From Chlorokybus atmophyticus (lineage: Eukaryota > Plantae > Mesostigma and Chlorokybus algae): 64,000 nt of DNA. Shown piece after piece: positions 47,238 to 60,268 of the stretch; position 1 is the stretch's first letter, and every line of letters begins with the position of its first letter. Both the position numbers and the translations under genes were made by a program. The notes beneath the pieces were generated by a model that did not search any database, was not told the DNA's origin, and saw nothing but the letters and a program-made list of their open reading frames with translations. The stretch covers positions 184,158 to 248,157 of the forward strand of contig RHPI01001428.1 of NCBI GenBank assembly GCA_009103225.1, in the 5' to 3' direction.

Positions 47238-50200
47238 TCACCGGCGCAGCAAAAACAGCAGAACCATGCAGCCGCAACCATTGGGCAGCCAGGCTGCAAT
47301 TGCTGGAGATACTGCGCCAAGCTGTGCACAAACAGCACTGTTACAGGACTTTTCGCCTCTAAGCAAGGACTATGCTTGAGCACATACCTGGCCCAAGACA
47401 GACCCTGCGACAGACGCCGCGTAGTACGCAAACATGATGGCCAGGGCTACAGCGACGCCCGCCTGCAGGTTGACATGGCCTCTACTGTCAGCATATGATA
47501 ATATGTGCGCTTGGTAGCGACCTTTCATTGTACCTTGTGGAAGTGTGGCGGCAGCACCACGCTGAGGCTTGCTCCCAATGCGCCAAACACTGCACACGCA
47601 AAGGGCAGTGCCACTCGCTGATGGTACTTGACCTTGCAACTCAATAGCAAGATCAGCACTGCATGCACTATCACATGGGCTTGATCGAGGCAACGTGAAG
47701 TCCTCTCGGCATTGTTCTGAACTCACCCATATTCGGCGCGCTTGCTTCAAGTTATGGCTGGCTGAATGCAGGTTGGCCAACTGTTTTACCTGCAGACACA
47801 GGACCCATTGGCAGTTGCAGTCGAGAAATCTGTCTCGCTTACAACTGACACTCTTCCATCAGCAGACGTACAACGAAACGTGCATACCAGCTTACCTCTT
47901 GCAGAGTCAAGCTGTCAAACTCTGCTTTGCTGCGTGTAGCAAGGTCCAAGGGTATGCGTCCCACGCTGGAGACAGCTGCGCATGCACAAGGAATCACCTG
48001 TTTAATCCTCCGCACACATGGGTACGTAGTAACATCCAATATGCACTCACCCAAGGTGTCAAACGGTGTCAATGCTCTCAGCGCAACAGACTGGTCCGCA
48101 CCACGTGCCGCGAGCTCATACACGCAGCCACTCTGGAACATCCAGTGACTGCTTGCTTCGCTCCATTGTGCTGAGGATGCCATTACTATGCTGTGAGGCC
48201 GCATGATCTCAGTCAAGTCTGCAGAGCAACAGACTATTCATTCCCACAATGCTTGATCACTCAAGCGCAATGGTATGGTAGTAGACTGCAATTGTATTGT
48301 CTCCCTCAACATCCCCAGCGACTGTGAACATGCATACGGTCAGTAACTGTAAGGTTACCTGCTATGTTGGGGTGCTTCGGTGCACTCATGACGCCTCTGT
48401 TACGACTCGCAGTTGGAGGCACTTGTGGCGATTGCGCACTTGACTCCTGGCGTATTATACATTGGTGAGCTGCATGTTCCGTCACTCTCACCACCAGTGT
48501 CCAGGCAGCCTATCCATGCTAGTGACCATCACCATGTACAGGTCGCTCAACTTCGCACACATCGGTGAGTGCAACTATGTGGAACAGGTGGCAGAAAGAC
48601 ACGCAGCAACAGGGGATACTCGATGCACGTTGAAGAGTGCATTAGGTATCCCGAGATTGATGGTACTTCGATGTTCGTTTGGTGGGCACCCTGACGGCAA
48701 CCACAGCCAGCTTGCTGACATGACTCACACGGTTTACACCCAACTTGCAAATGGTGGCTGCCTACCATCTCCACCAGTGCCACATCCAGCATGTTTTGCC
48801 CGTCAAACCCAGCGGCGTAGAACATGTTGCGCAAACCTTTGCCGCCCTCCCTGCGCATCAATTGCACTCAAATTTGAACCAGCTGGCAGGTCGCTGTTGC
48901 TGTTCGATTTGCACCCGCGAGCAAATGGCTAGACTGAAATTGGAAGGTACCTATATTGCAGGTAGAGGACTGGATCTGGCATGACAACCTATGAACAAAG
49001 CCAGAAAGACATGATACCAATGCTGCAGCCGTAAACACATCACCGTAACCATTACATTCCAACCTGCCTGATGATGCACGCCTACTGTTGTCATTGCCTC
49101 CAATGACTGGCTTGCGCGTGGCGCCAGTACCTGTCACGATTGCGATATTATGCTAGGCATTGGTATCTACATCGAGTTGACTGCTAGCATAAGTACAGCA
49201 AGCGTCTTGCCTCTCCAAAAAGGAAGTGCGCAGAGGTTGCAAGTAAGAAGATGAATGCAGCGGGAAGAACTATGCGACGTGGGCTGACGCCGCTGGTCTG
49301 CATGGCTGTTGTGCATAGCAAGTTGTCAACAAGTGCAACAACCATTTCCACCAGGATCTGCACAGCTGCAATACTAACGCCACAGCAACCCCATGCACAA
49401 CATAGCCTGTGCAGTTGTTCAGGCAGCCGCTGCATGCGGCACGGAGCACATATGTGACTCACCAAGCAGTTCATTATTAGTGCTGAGCCGCCCAAAAGCC
49501 AGCAACGGCGCCAGCAAGGACGCCATTGGTAGTGCGAGCGCCATATAGTGCTGCAGGTGTCCATGAGGATGAGTTGTTTGTTGACTTGCAAGACAAGTCA
49601 ACTACAAACCAATGGTCTGTACCGGCGTGCGCAAAGCAACGGCTGTGGCAGCGGCAAGAAGCCATTGCCACTGGTTGGTTGCGCGTGCCCCGAGCTTAAG
49701 GACATCAGCGGCACTGCCTGTGCACAAGGCATGACGTCAAGCCTGCTAATGCACAAGCCTGGCTCAACACATGTGCACAAGCAACCAACCTATTGACAAG
49801 GCGATCCCAGTGAATGCAGCGACTCCCAGTAGAAGCGGCCCAATCAGCTCACGACAGATATACCAATCAAGCACGGTCGGCCTCTGCATGCAAACAAAAC
49901 CGTCTTTTCGGAACTGTGTGCCCAAGCGATTGTGAATGGCATAAGTCTTGATGGCAAGAGTGCGGGACAGCGAAGAATGAGTCATATAAGATCAGCTTAC
50001 GGGCAGAGCAAGCCTAGAGTGAGCCCGCACTTGGCCAGCGGAGACGCAGGATGGTATACATGTGCGCCCGGTACGAAATGTTGATATTGTAAAGCGTCCA
50101 ACTAGCCAAACTGAAGAGCCTGAAGGTTTGTCATGTTACGAAAGATTTGAATGAAGAAAAGCTTGCTTCGCGTAGGCATGCAGCAAGCCACGTTCAGCCA

Positions 50201-50863
50201 CGGAGCTAGTACTGCTACTCGTTCAGGCATGACAGGGGGAGGGGTACTACCATGGCACGACACTGTGAAGCATAACTGTTTAAGATGGTTCATGCATACA
50301 CAACACTGTTGTGCAATGCCAATCAACTTCGTGCTGGTGAAGGAGTTGGCAGAACACAGCAAGGCTTAAATGCAACATCCAGAGCGGCACAGCCAGCATA
50401 TAGCTTCACTGCATCATGCATACAGTTCACTAAATGCCAGTGTTCACTCAGCGATTTATAAGTGTTACAGTGAAACTAATCCATGCATAACGAAAGCGTC
50501 AGCATGACAAACACAGTGAAGACTAGCACATGGGTAAGTTTAGTAGGAGTGAGTTGCTGACCGATCAGCAACGACTGCGTTTCATGCGGACACATGGTGC
50601 ACGCTGTTTGTCAGTGTTGGGCCTGCTGCTGGATATGCGCATTACTGAACTGCAAGCCTAGCTGCAATGCACGTGCCTGCTGAGCTGGTGTGGCTGCTGC
50701 GGTGGGCCGGCAGTTGGCGCAGAGTCCGGCGCGCTGACAAGCTGCCGCAACAGCGTGAGGACGCTTGCGATCGCACCAGGAGCGTCGGACCCGAAGACAA
50801 TGCGACAGAAGACGCAGCGGTGGTGGCCGCTGCCGCCAACAGCACCCCGGCCGACGGCGGCAT
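47238..50863 (-). CDS. lptF/lptG-like: LptF/LptG (YjgP/YjgQ) family permease, cyanobacterial type, intron-rich; conserved part 47238-49883, 5' transit-peptide exon tentative
   Basis: Exons splice to RPTVLDWYICRELIGPLLLGVAAFTGIALSI|GSAADVLKLG...ALRTP|HYMALALPMASLLAPLLAFGRLSTNNELL|AMQTSGVSPRRIVLP...; LRNMFYAAGFDGQNM; IVMASSAQWSEASSHWMFQSG; VKYHQRVALPFACAVFGALGASL; AVALAIMFAYYAASVAGSVLGQ|LGAVSPAIAAWLPNGCG. These are family hallmarks. A Ser/Ala/Arg-rich, acid-free frame from ATG 50863 may be the transit peptide. Confidence 0.85.
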
Positions 50864-51183
50864 GAACGCCGCCACCACGCGCGCAATGCACGAAGTCACT
50901 GACGCAGCCAAATTGCAAATGCTGCTGGCGGAGGCACAGCTTTGGCAAAAGCGTATGCGTTGGAAGCTTGGGTTGGCTTTGCTGAGCCTGTTTTATAATA
51001 AGGTCACTCGCGGCTTGACAGTATAGGTGGTGTTGAGCATTAGGCGCTAACATTGAGACCTGCCTTAGGGCACTGCTTGCGCAACCTATCCCGCTTGACT
51101 CGCAACATGCGTACTACTATGTCGGCTGACATGGTCGGCCAGCCCCAATCAATCAGGCTGTTTGTATGTGTGCAGGCTTGTGT

Positions 51184-51371
51184 GGCTTTAGCTTCATTGA
51201 TATTTGAACACGGATGCACAGTGTACAAGAGATGGTATGCCACAGTAAGAACATGCGCGACATCACCATTCTGACTGTATGGCTTCAGCTTCATCGATAT
51301 TTGACCACGGATGCACAGTGTACAAGAGATGGTATGCTACAGTAAGAACATGCGCGACACCACCATTCTGA
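51184..51371. repeat. Two-copy tandem duplication, period about 97 bp, with few mismatches
   Basis: GGCTT(T/C)AGCTTCAT(T/C)GATATTTGA(A/C)CACGGATGCACAGTGTACAAGAGATGGTATGC...CACCATTCTGA starts at 51184 and again at 51281. Confidence 0.9.
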
Positions 51372-51585
51372 TACCGAAGTGTCGTGGTCGGGATGAATTG
51401 TCCATGGCTATGCCACCCGCGCATGCACAACTGCAGAATTGCAAGCGTGCAACGCAAGAACAATAGGTCACGACTGTATGAACCTCAAGAGCACCATCGC
51501 AATCCTCGAATATGGCTTCCACTCAATGAGAGCAACGCAACTGTTGTATACAATAACCTACACTTACGAAGCGAGCACCACCCGC

Positions 51586-53260
51586 CTACAACTTGAAAGA
51601 CGCAACAAGCTGCAGAGAAGAGGATCAGTATGACATTGTGGCCGCAGAACACGCACCTTTGGTGAAAACAAACCTTAGCAAACAGTGGGCTGTACTTTTC
51701 CTTGTCCTCCTCTTTATACTGCGCATGACTTCTGGTGAGATAGATGCACAAGCCATGCACATGTTAAAGTGCTTGAGTTCTTTGTCTGTTAAGTCAGTCT
51801 GTTCAGTTCACAAACCTGCCCCGTGACAGTGTACAAACGGTTGTAACGGCCGTTGAATCCTATGGTCACAGCGGACTGAAAGTGCCGGGAATACTTGCCA
51901 GGCTGCGCAACTGTGTACTCGATATAATATATCCCTGTCGGCCAACTTGCATTGGTTGATGTCCCAGGCAGAGAACGACATAACAATTCGCTGCAAAGGA
52001 CCATTACCGCCAGATTGGAAGGCATCAACTAACTTTGCGGCCTGCTCCGATTTGTTTCGCCAACTGCGGTCCAGTCCACCTACCTGTCAAGACCGGAGCC
52101 GTCACGACACATGCCAATGCGGCCGTATCGTACCAAGAGTAGCTCAGCTGTCGGAACACGCAGAACCAGTAGTCACACAAGATTTGTGCTCACCAGTGCA
52201 GAGCCAAAGCCATACGCTGTGCCAAAGCTGCCCATGTTTTGGAAGTCTGCGCCGACCCCAGTGACAATGATGTTTACTGCAGCCGTGAGCAAATTCAGCT
52301 GACTGAAATTTCAACCGTCCAGTGCGTTGAATACCAAGAAACATGCAGCCGACACAATCACTGGAACCATCAAAACAATGGCCACCTACACAGCCCAGAC
52401 AACTTACTATTGGTGTCCATGTCACCCGGGGGGTAAAACGCCAGCACCCGCCGTTGACCTGAAGCAAAACCCTGCCCCTGCTCCCAATCTGTACACAAAA
52501 GTAAGCAATGTTACGTCCGCATGCGTGAGAAGCTAGACGCAAACCCTGTAGAGCAAAGCGTTCAGTGAAAGGCTCACAATAGTTTGCAAATTGAGAACAC
52601 ATGCAGCTGTCTGTCTGTCAATGCCAGCGTCTGCAAATATTTCCAGAACAAAGCACTTGCAATGACCACAACATGCCGTCAACAGTCGTGCTATTGGTTG
52701 CACGTTTGGCCAAGTGTATGTCATGCAACCATGCATCATCCTGAGCCAACGTACCTGCCGGCACCAGCAACGAAAACTTGTCCGACTCGTCTACGTACTC
52801 TTTCAGTGTTGCGTCTGTCCCACACGGACAGCATGTCACCACATACATGGAAACAAGAAACCAACAATCGTGACATGGGCTACCTGCAACAGCTGCTCGA
52901 GCAGGTAGAGCACCCCCAGCTGTCTCTGCGACAGCTGCCAGAATGGCAGCCTGCGACAAAAACTGTCTCCTACTAAAAGCTGCTTCGCTCAAATCTTTAA
53001 TTTGACTGTGTCATAAGATACAGACAGTCATTCAACGAGGTCCAAAACACAAGAGCTCATGTGCTGCATGGCCACGGTCACCACCTTTCCGCATGCAGCC
53101 CACCCGAGGGCGCCTGCGGCCTCGGGCACTTCTGTGCTCCGGCCGGCACTCCTCTGACACTACGCTCGTGCTTCAACCGCAAGCCTGATAAGCTTGGCCT
53201 GCCCAGGCATGCCCCCACAGACGCCCCGACGCTGAGCGCCGCTGCCGCAGTGGACGCCAT
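51586..53260 (-). CDS. PPD3: PsbP domain-containing protein 3-like (thylakoid lumen)
   Basis: Bipartite targeting sequence: MASTAAAALSVGASVG..., twin-Arg-like SRRQFL and ARAA cleavage. Then KEYVDESDKFSLLVP, YYIEYTVAQPGKYSRHFQSAVTIGFNGRYNRLYTVTGQ (characteristic of PPD3) and LVASFKL*. Confidence 0.85.
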
Positions 53261-53695
53261 GCTCGCCTACAAGCAGTCCATGCTGTGTCCGAAACGCAGG
53301 AAGTAGTAGTAGTAAAGCTCATGGATATCTCCCGCATCGAGCAAGGAAGCGCGATTTCGTCCAGGTTGACGATATCAATCATGTTGTAGGAGCATGCACC
53401 GAGGCGGAGCGAAGCAGGCAGCAGCGGCGGCGGCAGCGGCGGCGGTGGTGGTGGTAACCGCGGCAGTCAGTGCCGTAGGTGCGGGAGTGGGCGCAGTGAA
53501 CGAAGGCCAAGGCAACTTTTGTAGACACAAGCACTCAGGCAGAGGGGTCTTGAGGGGCGCTCTCGGTGCCGTCGGGTAGGCGGTACTGCGGACGCAGGTG
53601 GTGGACTTACCTGCTGAGGGCGGTGTGAGTGCAGCTAGGGTTGTGTAGCGAGCATCTGAAGGGTGTTGGGTGTCTCGGAGGGTTACACTTGCATC

Positions 53696-55372
53696 ATGGG
53701 AAAGGCCAAGAAGACACGCAAGTTTGCGGAAGTGAAGCGCATGCTGAATCCCAAGGAGCTTAGGGAGTGCGTGACTTTTTACTTGCCGACTGTGCACGGC
53801 TTTATTACATCCGCTCTATGGTTTATTTTTGTGTTGCTCTGTTTTTTTTTTTGGTGATAGCATGGATTCTGGTAGTAATAATTGCATGTGTTTGCTCGTA
53901 ACAGCCACAAAAAGCAGCTCGTACCGCGCAAAGCTGGAGACGAGAAACCTCAGAGTAAAGATGCTGAGCAGCCTCGGCACGTGCAGCAGGTGCATGGCGC
54001 TTGCAGTGGTTGTTTTCCCTCGACTCTCAAGACAGTGTGACCTAGTTTGCGTTCGCTGCAGGTATCATCAGCGCTATTCTTCAAGTACAACTCGGCTCTT
54101 GGACCGCCATATCAGGTGATCATGGACACCAACTTCATTAACTTCTCCGTCAAAAATAAGGTACGCGTGTGGATGTTGTTACGAAGTCACACCACTCGTA
54201 AACAGTTGCATACAGTCTTGGCACTCCTTCTGTTCAGCAACATTTCTCAATTCCACTCCACTTAACTCTTGCAACATGTATTTGCTTCAGTGCTTCCAGC
54301 TTGCATGTGCATTAATCCCATGTCAGGTTACAGGTCTGCTTGTAACTTGTAATATGTCAGTGTATCTATGTGCTATTGGCATCAGGTGTTGTGTAAAGCT
54401 TCTTCGTGGGTGAATGCCAGGTTTGGTGTACTTGTGAGCACAACACATGATAATAACACAACAAATGTCCAGCATAGGGTCGGATGCCAGCAGCAGCACT
54501 ATTATGGCATCAGCAGTGGTTGTCTGCACACAGCAATTGATCTTTTCATGTCTACTGTTACGTGACCTTGTAGCTCACCTCAAGTTTGCTATGCAGTTGG
54601 ACATCGTGCAAGCTATGGTGGATTGTCTCTATGCCAAATGTGAGTGCATGCTGTCCAGCGTTGTTGCATGTTGTAAGTTGCCTTGAGGTCTGCTGTTCAC
54701 CAGTTGCTTTACCAGGCACACCGTGCATCACTGACTGCGTGATGGCTGAGCTTGAAAAGCTTGGAGACAAGTATCGCGTCGCTCTAAGGTATGCATCCTT
54801 ATTTGGAAGATTGGTTTTTCGCAAGTGACTCCTCGTGCTTGACTGTGTATTGGATCTGGGCAGGCAAGCCAAAGACAAGCGAATTGAGCGGTTGCCATGC
54901 CTTCACAAGGGTACATACGCTGATGACTGCTTGGTCCAGCGCGTGCAGCAAGTAAGCATGCAAACGTTACAGAATTGTGCGATGCTGCTAGTAGTTGTGC
55001 GTGTCTTAAGGTGCTCGTGTGCTAGCTGCTGACCTGGCATTTCTGCAGCACAAGTGCTACATTGTTGCCACCTGCGATCGCGATTTGAAACGGAGGATAC
55101 GAAAGGTTTGTGATTGGTTGTGTGCATGCCGTTTGCAGTCCAATGCACTGGTTACCAGTCAGCTTACATGTCAAGGTCAAACTTCTGCAGATACCTGGAG
55201 TGCCCATTATGTACATATACCAGCACAGATACTCCATAGAGCGGCTTCCTGAAGCAACAATCGGAGGGGGTGAGTGCCGCTCACAAGATCTGGTTTCACT
55301 GCATGCTGTATCGTTGCTCTTAGTCCAAGCGTGGCACTAACCATACTCTCCTGCGCAGCCCCAAGGTTGTAG
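53696..55372 (+). CDS. FCF1: rRNA-processing PIN-domain nuclease Fcf1/Utp24
   Basis: [20 protein letters not shown]; [29 protein letters not shown]; [21 protein letters not shown]; [19 protein letters not shown]; [16 protein letters not shown]|IPGVPIMY. Confidence 0.96.
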
Positions 55373-56191
55373 TGGTGCTACGCGCAAGCTGTGTGGCGCT
55401 CGCTGGTATCAACCGGACGCTCATGCAGGCCATGACAGCAGTGAAGGTCGTTGGCTTATTATTCTTTGTATAGTACCCCACTAAGAGTATGTCCAAAGCT
55501 GATCAGCACTGGCCACATGCTGGAGTGTCGTGGTTTTGCCAAAGAATGGTGCGGTTGTGATGCTGTGCCCTATGACCACGATGTCTGTGTTGCGGCCGTG
55601 AAAGCAATGGTGGGATTTTGCTGCCCTACCACATGTATATGGGCTCGCTTTGTTGCTAGACATCAACAGGTCGGGTCTGTTGACATATTCGCAATACATG
55701 CTTGACATTGGAACCATTGGAAACTGTGCTGTGAACCAAAGCTTGTCGAAAACCACTCCAACTTCTCTAGCTCTGCCCCAAAATTGCAAGATTGTCCAAC
55801 AATGCTGCTAACCCTTGCAGCAGTCGCCGCCAAGCACAGCAGGTTTAACCCTACAACCACAGCAGTCAAGAGAACTGAGCACAAAGGTTGGCCAATGCCA
55901 TTGTATGTTGAACACTTTTGCTTGGCTTGATGACATGAATCTCAACATTGAGTTATCCGCCAGGAAGTGGATGTCTGCGGCGTAGACTCTGCATGCCAAT
56001 CAATGTGCAATGGTGTAATGGTGTAACACACAATGGCAACAACAACCAATAGCCAGATATATGAGCAATAAGAAGCTAGCGCCAAGGCTGGTGCACTAAG
56101 AGGTGCAGCGAAAGCAAGGTCACAACGGTGCGAGTACGTACCAACCAAATCAAGCCAGTACGGACTAGGTGCTGAAACCAACCGTGCAAGA

Positions 56192-57383
56192 TCATTCAAC
56201 TACCATAGGTTTCTTCTTCCTCTTCTTGTCCTGAATGGTGGGCATTGGTTCGGCAGCGGGTGAAGTGAGCGGGTTGCCATCCTGTGGCAGCAACACCGGT
56301 GCAGAGGCAGCTGGAGCGGCCGCAATGCTGGTATCATCAGCACCCTTCTTCTTCCTCTTTTTCTTCTTGCCAAAATCTTCCCCCGCACTCGACGGCGCAT
56401 TTACATCATCCTGCGCAGCTGTGGTATCATCGGGGATGCCTGTGTCATGTGCCAGTGGGTCCTCTGCAATGCCCAGATCGTCCGCAAGCTCCTCCTCCCC
56501 AAGCACCTCGGCCGCCTGCTGCACGGGCTCAGCGATGGGTACGCTCTGGTCTCGGTTGCGCCACAGCTGACTGATCTGCTTCATCACTTCCGGCATGGCC
56601 ATCTCTGGATGAGACCTGCGGTACGACGGCAGCTCCTTCCTCACAAAATTGTTGTACTCTGTCGGCAGCCGGCTCGGCCGCGGCTTCTTCTCCACCCCGT
56701 CCTCTCCCGCCTTGCCCTTCTTCTTGCCCTTCTTCCCTCCCGCAGCCGGCCCAGCACCCGCATGCAGCTCACCATCTGCGTCCTCCCCAGCCTTCCGCTT
56801 CCTCCCCGCAGAGGCATCAGCTGCAGAGTTCAACGATACACATGCAAAGGCAGCGTCATGAAGCTGTCAATTCCAAGCGAATACTTCTAGTTGCTAGCTG
56901 TGGCAAACGCTTCAACACTAAATGCTGAGTAGCAAGTGGGTGGCATGCAGGCATGTTTGCTGTGCAATAGGTGGAATGCAATGCTAAGCTAGGCAGCAGC
57001 AGGCAAGGACATGAACACTTCTCACCGAGTTGAGAGCCCAGCGCGCTGCATGTGTTCTGCAGCCAGCGGAGCCCTGAGAGGGGTAAATTGAGGAAACAAA
57101 CAGGGCCGCATGTCAAACAGCAGGAGTAAAGTGGGCAGCAACAAGCATGCAAAATGCACAAATATGCGATACTAGGCATACACGCATAGTCATGACAGCA
57201 GCAACACAAACGCACGCACATACCCACATGCATACAACACACACACAGCCGCACACCTTCCTCATTAGCCGGCGTGGCCGCTTCACCCGGAATGAGCAGC
57301 TCCAGCTGCTGCCCTATCCTCTGGAAGGCAGCCGACAGCTCGTTCGCTGCTATGCGCCCCATCAGCGCCCATGTCGCCTCCAT
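56192..57383 (-). CDS. HMG-box protein with a YABBY-type box and Lys-rich NLS-like tracts, 2 exons
   Basis: Exon 1 MEATWALMGR...ANEE joins in phase 1 to ADASAGRKRK. The box reads RLPTEYNNFVRKELPSYRRSHPEMAMPEVMKQISQLWRN. Confidence 0.72.
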
Positions 57384-59509
57384 GGTGCTGCGCACGGCCA
57401 CCGCCACCACTGCCGCCGCTGCAGCTGTTGCTGCTGCTCGTCTTCGACCGACCTCCCCAAAGCAGCCAGCGAGGACCCCTTTCACTCCGCCGCCGGTGAA
57501 TGGAATTCTCTCAGGGGTTTAGGGTTCGCTTCGCTTCGGTTTCCAGCGTGATTCACGACTCCTGATTCATTCGACTCACGGCGCGCCCGGCGCTGGGAAT
57601 ACGAAGGAGCGACATGGACCCCCACCTAACTTTTGCAGTGCATGATGTATATTACCAGATGGACCGTTCAGGTGGCCCAACAAATCGCAATGCCATTCAA
57701 GGGCCAATGGTTGGCCCCAACTTTGCCAAGGCTGGTCCAAGTTGGACCAACAAAGCTTAGGACTGTACACAATACGGTACGAACGCAATGTATGGAGGCA
57801 AGTTCATACTTGCATAACGATGATGGAAAGTTGAGCCACAAGCCGAGACGAATGGCCGAAATGCAAGGCTTACATCTGCTTTGCAAAACCTTCCGTAAAA
57901 TAACGCTTGCACAACAAAGTAGCTATTGAAGCTCTATCACACGTAGAGTAGAGCAACATTGTGGTTTTAACAGATGTTAGCACGGTTTATACCACATCAT
58001 GTTGCATTTGCGACCTCGTTATTCACACAAGCCATGTCAATAAAGCCATGTGGACTCCTGTGGAGTTGTTGGTATCACATATAAAAAGCGCATGGACATG
58101 AATGTTTTTATCCTTTTTGTATACATGCCATCGTGTGGCTGATTGTTGACATGACGTTCCACAATATTTTTGGGATGGTTGAAACAATTTATTGTTGCTT
58201 CAATAGCATTGTATGTTATGTACAGTCATGTGACCAATATCAAAACGAGAGAATTATGCGCGCGTGAAAGAGAGAGTGGAGTCTTGCTTTAAGCTAAGGA
58301 TGAACATTGGGATTGTACCTATAGTAAAATTATAAAACATGAAATTGAAGATGTGTATCTATATCTTGTATAATGCAAAAACTTGGCAACCTTTGCCACA
58401 AATGTCATAAATAGATTGTGTATGTATAGGATATGCGCAAGGCAGCTATCTGCATGCATAAGGCAAATAGCAGCACACAGACAAGCATGCAGAAATGTTG
58501 GTATGGAGCAACCTCTATGATGTTAGTACACACCACCCTCAGGTTAATACACGCTGCTAGTTCACACGTGATGCACTATGCAACACTACACTAGACCTCC
58601 TCGTTGGGCACGCATCCATCGCCTCTTGACACTAATTCACAGATTGGTTAAGTCATTCTCGGCTACTGCTGCATCACACTTGCATAGCACATAGTGCACT
58701 TTGTGTGGTGTAGAGTAGGTGAAGGCCCCAGGTGTAATTATTTTTTGTTATTGTTTGTTTGCCTTGTTGTGCCTCTGTATGCTGCGTGTTTGCACATTGA
58801 GAATGTGTGTGTAACCTTCAATGACTATGAAGTATACTCTTGACATCCTATACCCCATGCATACATGCGTATCAGTTGTCAATGTGTTGCAACACAACGA
58901 GACCCCACCATGTTGCACCACTATTATATGTTGTTAACATTATGCGCTATCCGACCCATGTACATGCACTACCTTTGAATACATATGTATATGGAGTTCG
59001 TGCATATGCTACAGTCCTAGTTGTTACAATTTCGGGCATGCCGTGAATCTAGCCATTGTCCATGCGCATGCTGTGAATCATAGCCGTATGCTTATTCCAC
59101 GCCATACTGATAGTTGGCTTGAACCAGTACAATTATACGCATAGCAGCTGCCCTTCTCTATGTCAACATGTGCACAACACATGCAACTCATACACCATAT
59201 GCACATACACTGCATGATATGCATGCCACAAGTTTACACTTGTCCATGACTCCGCACACTTCCACCTGCCAACGTCTATCAGCAACTACTCAGTGCAACT
59301 CAAAAAACTGACTGACACAATTACTTCTTGAATTGCTTTGTCGAAACAGGCAGCAGCACTGGCTGCATAACTCACCTTGCACAACTTTTTGACCTAGTCA
59401 CTATGGTCCAGGCTGAATGTTAAGAAATCTTCCTACTAAACAAGAGCGATGCTAGCAGCTAACGTCAGAAGCGCAAAAACACGCCAAATACACAACGCCT
59501 TTGTACAGC

Positions 59510-60187
59510 CTAAATCTCGCTGATGTCATCGAAGTCGAAGTAGTCATCGTTCTCTCCCTCCTCAGGACCAAAGGTATCCGTTTCATTCACACGGATGGAT
59601 TCTGGCAGCTCACCATAAGCCTTCAAACTCCGAGCCTCGTCTGCCATGTACTTCAGAATGACATCGGCCTTGTCATCCTGGAAATCCCTGAGTCCGACCA
59701 ATATGATGTCACCAGCGTTCACCCACACCTGCAGAAGCAAGGCAAAATGTTAGTTGCAACTCGGCCAGCCAACAGCCTTCTCTTGTAACTGACTATGACA
59801 GGGTGTTCTCAAACAGACATCAGGTTGTGAACACGACCCGAACAACTGACACAGGACAGCGCAGACCAACACCAGACTCAAAGCACACATGATCATTGAA
59901 ACTGGGCATACGACCGTAACACGCTTGCATCATGAGATCTGCATGCATAAAGAGAATTCTCAAGGCGGTAACAGAACAACTCGTACCTTTTTCCGCATTT
60001 TTCCTCTTATGTTACAGAGCCTTTTTGTGCCATCGATGCACTGCGCTTCTAGGCGACCGTTGCCAAGCATGCGGATGACCTGGGCGTACTCCTGCCCATC
60101 CTCCTTGAACACAAGCTCCCGCTTCTCCTCGTTGTCGTTCTTACCACGCCGCCTGTTCTTTCCTCCCTTTCCCTTATTCTTCGGCAT
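59510..60187 (-). CDS. EIF1A: Eukaryotic translation initiation factor 1A (exons 60187-59987 and 59728-59510; 139 aa)
   Basis: [17 protein letters not shown]...[20 protein letters not shown]...IRGKMRKK|[27 protein letters not shown]...DDI. Confidence 0.98.
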
Positions 60188-60260
60188 CCTGACGGCTCCT
60201 GCTGCCCCCGCTCTGCTCCTCCTGCACCACCCGCCTGTCCACCCGCCGCAAGCCTTCCAG

Positions 60261-60268
60261 AAACCCTA
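60261..60268 (+). promoter_or_regulatory. Telo-box (AAACCCTA) in the EIF1A/TGD2 divergent promoter; second variant AACCCTAA at 60554
   Basis: Exact motif 74 nt upstream of the EIF1A ATG. Confidence 0.55.

Noticed and set aside
50667-51026. 119-aa plus-strand ORF upstream of the LptF/G gene
   Set aside because: No recognisable domain or supporting exons, and it overlaps antisense to the likely transit-peptide exon in GC-rich promoter-proximal DNA.
51184-51371. Direct repeats considered as a possible CRISPR array (also 62591-62750)
   Set aside because: There are only two long adjacent copies, no unique spacers and no cas genes, in a eukaryotic context. These are simple tandem duplications.
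57600-57930. Short palindromes (GGTCCAAGTTGGACC, GGCCAATGGTTGGCC) and a 98-aa ORF at the edge of an AT-rich region
   Set aside because: Stems of 6-8 bp are expected by chance, and no terminal inverted repeat pair or transposase motif was found.
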